Part shown: positions 63,226-64,000 of the stretch, in pieces
How the letters are laid out: every line of letters starts with the position of its first letter
Numbering within the stretch: position 1 is the first letter of the stretch
Assembly: GCA_951406725.2 (NCBI GenBank)
Contig: OX597831.1
Location: 54,126,001 to 54,190,000 of the forward strand
Source of the DNA: Octopus vulgaris
Lineage: Eukaryota
Direction: 5' to 3'
DNA length: 64,000 bases
Position numbers and translations under genes: made by a program
Notes under the pieces: generated by a model
Told to the model about the DNA's origin: nothing
The model's input: the letters and a program-made list of their open reading frames with translations, nothing else
Databases searched by the model: none

Positions 63226-63381
63226 AGTGGTGAAAGAGTACAGCAGGGATCACCACCATCCCCTGCCGGAGCCTCGTGGAGCTTTTAGGTGTTTTCGCTC
63301 AATAAACACACACAACGCCCGGTCTGGGAATCGAAACCGCGATCCTCCGACCGCAAGTCCGCTGCCCTAACCACTTGGCCA
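63226..63381 (-). mobile_element. tRNA-derived SINE head
   Basis: Minus strand: tggccaagtggttagggcagcggacttgcggtcggaggatcgcggtttcgattccc, continuing into a non-tRNA body. Confidence 0.75.
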
Positions 63382-64000
63382 TAATATAAAATATTATAAT
63401 AATCCAGGTTTCTCGGAGCACTAGGCCACTTGGTGTAGAATAGATATACTATTAAATTAGTATCTAATTCTCTCACCCTTATTAATTAATTATAATTATG
63501 CTGCATTTATTTCTAAATGCTGTATTTGTTTTCCGTGAAAGTTTGGCGCGCTGTTAGTTGGGGCATTTGAATTATAACGTCGGATGTAATCAATTGAACC
63601 ACACGCGTATTTATCGTTATGGTAAAATCTGGCGTGTGATTGAGTGGATTTCATCCAGATAGTTTTGGCTGAAGAGCTACAAGTGGATTTTATTGTAAGT
63701 AAAATTACATTTAATTCATTAATAGCGAAACAATTGTCCCAAAATAATCTGTATTTGTTATTTTTTATTTGCCCTGTCCGTGTGAGCTAACAATCGTACT
63801 GACTTTCATGGGAAACATGTATTTTTGTGGTTGAAACCTTTTGGATTAACTGGTGCTAGAGTGAGCCATATAGTGACCACTCTCTTATATTTATTTTGTA
63901 AAAATATTATAATATATTATAAAATATTATAATAATCCAGGTTTCTCGGAGCACTAGGCCACTTGGTGTAGAATAGATATACTATTAAATTAGTATCTAA
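63381..64000 (+). mobile_element. Second locus of the ~535-bp HHR repeat (period 533), running off the window end
   Basis: aatccaggtt at 63401 and 63934. Differs from 8030-8650 by only a few substitutions and a 2-nt indel. Confidence 0.85.
63656..63751 (+). ncRNA. Type I hammerhead ribozyme motif (CUGAAGA core; predicted cleavage after C63738)
   Basis: Same helices as 8301-8396; core at 63669-63675. Confidence 0.85.

Noticed and set aside
63310-63381. Possible tRNA gene (also at about 19345-19410)
   Set aside because: A/B boxes are present, but there is no complete acceptor stem and the sequence continues into a repeat body, so it is a SINE head.

Overview
AT-rich, microsatellite-dense eukaryotic DNA. 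The repeat landscape suggests an octopus or other cephalopod; this is an inference from the repeats only. Positions 5016-40450 (+) hold one intact gene with 14 coding exons, assembled by hand: all introns are GT..AG, phases are consistent, and the CDS is 1800 nt (599 aa). It encodes a highly divergent SLC6/NSS-fold membrane protein that keeps the family exon structure and EL2 disulfide but has lost nearly all canonical Na+/Cl-/gate residues. The introns and the region beyond 44 kb contain decayed transposons: Tx1/L1- and RTE-type LINE fragments, Tc1 and pogo/Tigger fossils, MITEs, Helitron-like ends, tRNA-derived SINEs and Penelope-like element (PLE) fragments. The most unusual signal is about a dozen type I hammerhead ribozyme (HHR) motifs from at least seven unrelated sequence families. 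These include a young, non-coding ~535-bp tandem/inverted repeat (retrozyme-like) at two loci, which shares a 3' terminal motif with a coding PLE. Nearly all ORFs in the supplied track are microsatellite or repeat artefacts.
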